Assembly (NCBI GenBank): GCA_965212015.1
Contig: OZ243037.1
Coordinates: 1,088,001-1,152,000, forward strand
Direction of reading: 5' to 3'
DNA: 64,000 nucleotides
Source: Cenarchaeum sp.
Lineage (GTDB): Archaea; Thermoproteota; Nitrososphaeria; Nitrososphaerales; Nitrosopumilaceae
The notes under the pieces were generated by a model. The model searched no databases. It saw only the letters and a list, made by a program, of their open reading frames with translations, and was not told where the DNA came from. The translations under genes and the position numbers were made by a program. Positions 62,498-64,000 of this stretch are shown piece after piece (the stretch's first letter is position 1; the number at the start of each line of letters is the position of its first letter).

Positions 62498-64000
62498 CTA
62501 TTTTTTTAAAGTTTTATTAATTTGTTTGAATAATTCTTCAAATTTCTTACACGTATCATGTGAGATCTTCTTTTCAGTAGATTGTTTTGTAATCCAATCC
62601 ACGATAACGCGATCTATTTTCCATTTTTCTAATTTTCCATATCCATTTCGTCGAAATATAGATTCAATTTTATCTACAATCGGAATAATTTTTTCTTCAT
62701 CTTCATTGAATTCAATATCATGTGTGGGATAAACAGTTTTTACAGCTTTTATATAAAGAGAATCTTCGAAAAAATCTTCAATTTCAGATTTATCTTTGCC
62801 AGTAAATGAATCTATTATTATTCCATTAATCAATAATTTCTTTTTTAATGTTTTTTCTTTTTGTAATCCCTGTTCATCCCCATCAAGCAATATGACAATT
62901 TGAATATCATTAGCAATTAGCATGCTTGCTAACGGCATCATGTTTTTTGTCCCTCCAGCCGGAGAAATTACAATATCACTGTTTAATGTAGACATTTTTT
63001 GTAAAGATAAGAGTTCACTCATTGATTTCAGAATAAGATAATCAGTCAAGCCTTCAACGACAAGTTGATATTTTGAATAAAATAATGTTTGGGCCAAGGA
63101 ATATCCCAATCCAGCCTGTAATGCAAATAATGAATCATTGTCTTTAGGCCAAATATTATCAGATACTTTAGTTGTGCCAAAATCATCTACATCTTCAAAA
63201 ACTATTTTGACATTTTCAAGGTGATCTCCATCTATCATAAATGGTGAATGAGTTGTATATAACAATTGATTATCTTTTGAAATTTTCTTTAAAAATTCAA
63301 CTGTTTTTTGTTGAGCAGTACCATGAAATTGTAATCCTGGTTCATCTAACAACAAAATAGAATTCGTATGTTTAATATTTGCTTCTACTAGGAATACTAA
63401 ATAGAATGAAAAGAAATATTGCATTCCTGCACTTCTTTGATCTAATTCTATTTCACTAGGGTCTAGATCATCAGAAACCCAAACTCTAAAATTTTTCCCG
63501 TCAATTTGGTATCTGAAATTATGTTTTCTTTGTTCCCACCAAGAAGTAAATTTCTGAGTCATAGCTTGTGATGCAGCAGACATTTTAATTGCTCGCTCAT
63601 CTGCCATTCGTTCTAAATTTTGTCTAGTTTTTTGATCATCATTTAGATCTAACTTGCTAATTTCATTAAGATCTAATCCTACATGTTCAAATAGACATTT
63701 GGTAATTCGTAATTTAGAATCATCAGGATGTTCTTTCATATTACGTATAAAATCATCAATATGAATTGCACTATCTAGAATATCATATCTGTCAAAATAA
63801 ATAAATTTTGGCATATTTTTAAAAAACCAATCATTTGCAGAATCAAGTTCTGCGTTAATTTTAAATTTTTCTAATAAATCACATATTTCCTGAAGAAGTT
63901 TTTTAAAAATAGGTTCTTGCCAATCTTCAGATATTTGGGAATTTATTTTAGAAAAGATCTCAGAAATTAATTCTTTTGATATAAATTCTAAATCTGTGAT
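62498..64000 (-). CDS. OLD-family ATP-dependent nuclease (3' part; frame stays open to the window end)
   Basis: QRSAG, LLLDEP, YTTHSP, VVEGLTD and LLDGD; paralogous to 15604-17658. Confidence 0.85.
   Translation of the reverse strand: MTDLEFISKELISEIFSKINSQISEDWQEPIFKKLLQEICDLLEKFKINAELDSANDWFFKNMPKFIYFDRYDILDSAIHIDDFIRNMKEHPDDSKLRITKCLFEHVGLDLNEISKLDLNDDQKTRQNLERMADERAIKMSAASQAMTQKFTSWWEQRKHNFRYQIDGKNFRVWVSDDLDPSEIELDQRSAGMQYFFSFYLVFLVEANIKHTNSILLLDEPGLQFHGTAQQKTVEFLKKISKDNQLLYTTHSPFMIDGDHLENVKIVFEDVDDFGTTKVSDNIWPKDNDSLFALQAGLGYSLAQTLFYSKYQLVVEGLTDYLILKSMSELLSLQKMSTLNSDIVISPAGGTKNMMPLASMLIANDIQIVILLDGDEQGLQKEKTLKKKLLINGIIIDSFTGKDKSEIEDFFEDSLYIKAVKTVYPTHDIEFNEDEEKIIPIVDKIESIFRRNGYGKLEKWKIDRVIVDWITKQSTEKKISHDTCKKFEELFKQINKTLKK

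Overview
Archaeal DNA, most likely from an ammonia-oxidising archaeon (Nitrososphaerota/Thaumarchaeota, Nitrosopumilaceae-like). This is inferred from a Nitrosopumilus-type S-layer gene and a DUR3-type urea transporter; the TPR proteins and heavy IS decay would fit a host-associated lineage. Positions 1-2.5 kb look like core genome (urea symporter, Lrp/AsnC regulator, ParB-like protein). The rest is a mosaic defence and cell-surface island full of intact and broken IS elements (IS5, IS6-like, IS66, IS110, IS630). Best candidate for an undescribed system: a three-gene operon at 5603-9220 (-). It encodes an ImmA/IrrE-peptidase-macrodomain fusion, a nucleotide kinase fused to an adenylosuccinate-synthetase homologue with the PurZ-type Asp-to-Ser change (GGQYGSEGKG), and a DarT-like ADP-ribosyltransferase. 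Other highlights: a 5.6-kb TIR- and TSD-bounded IS6-like transposon carrying a Dam+HNH R-M pair; a poly-C tract that shifts the signal peptide of a giant S8 protease out of frame; an S-layer gene with a triplicated promoter region and a silent divergent 3' copy; a repeated non-coding element with covarying hairpins; a duplicated glycosylase/DUF6884-like cassette; and a highly basic tandem-repeat protein next to a degenerate tRNA. All family assignments come from motif recognition by eye, not from database searches.
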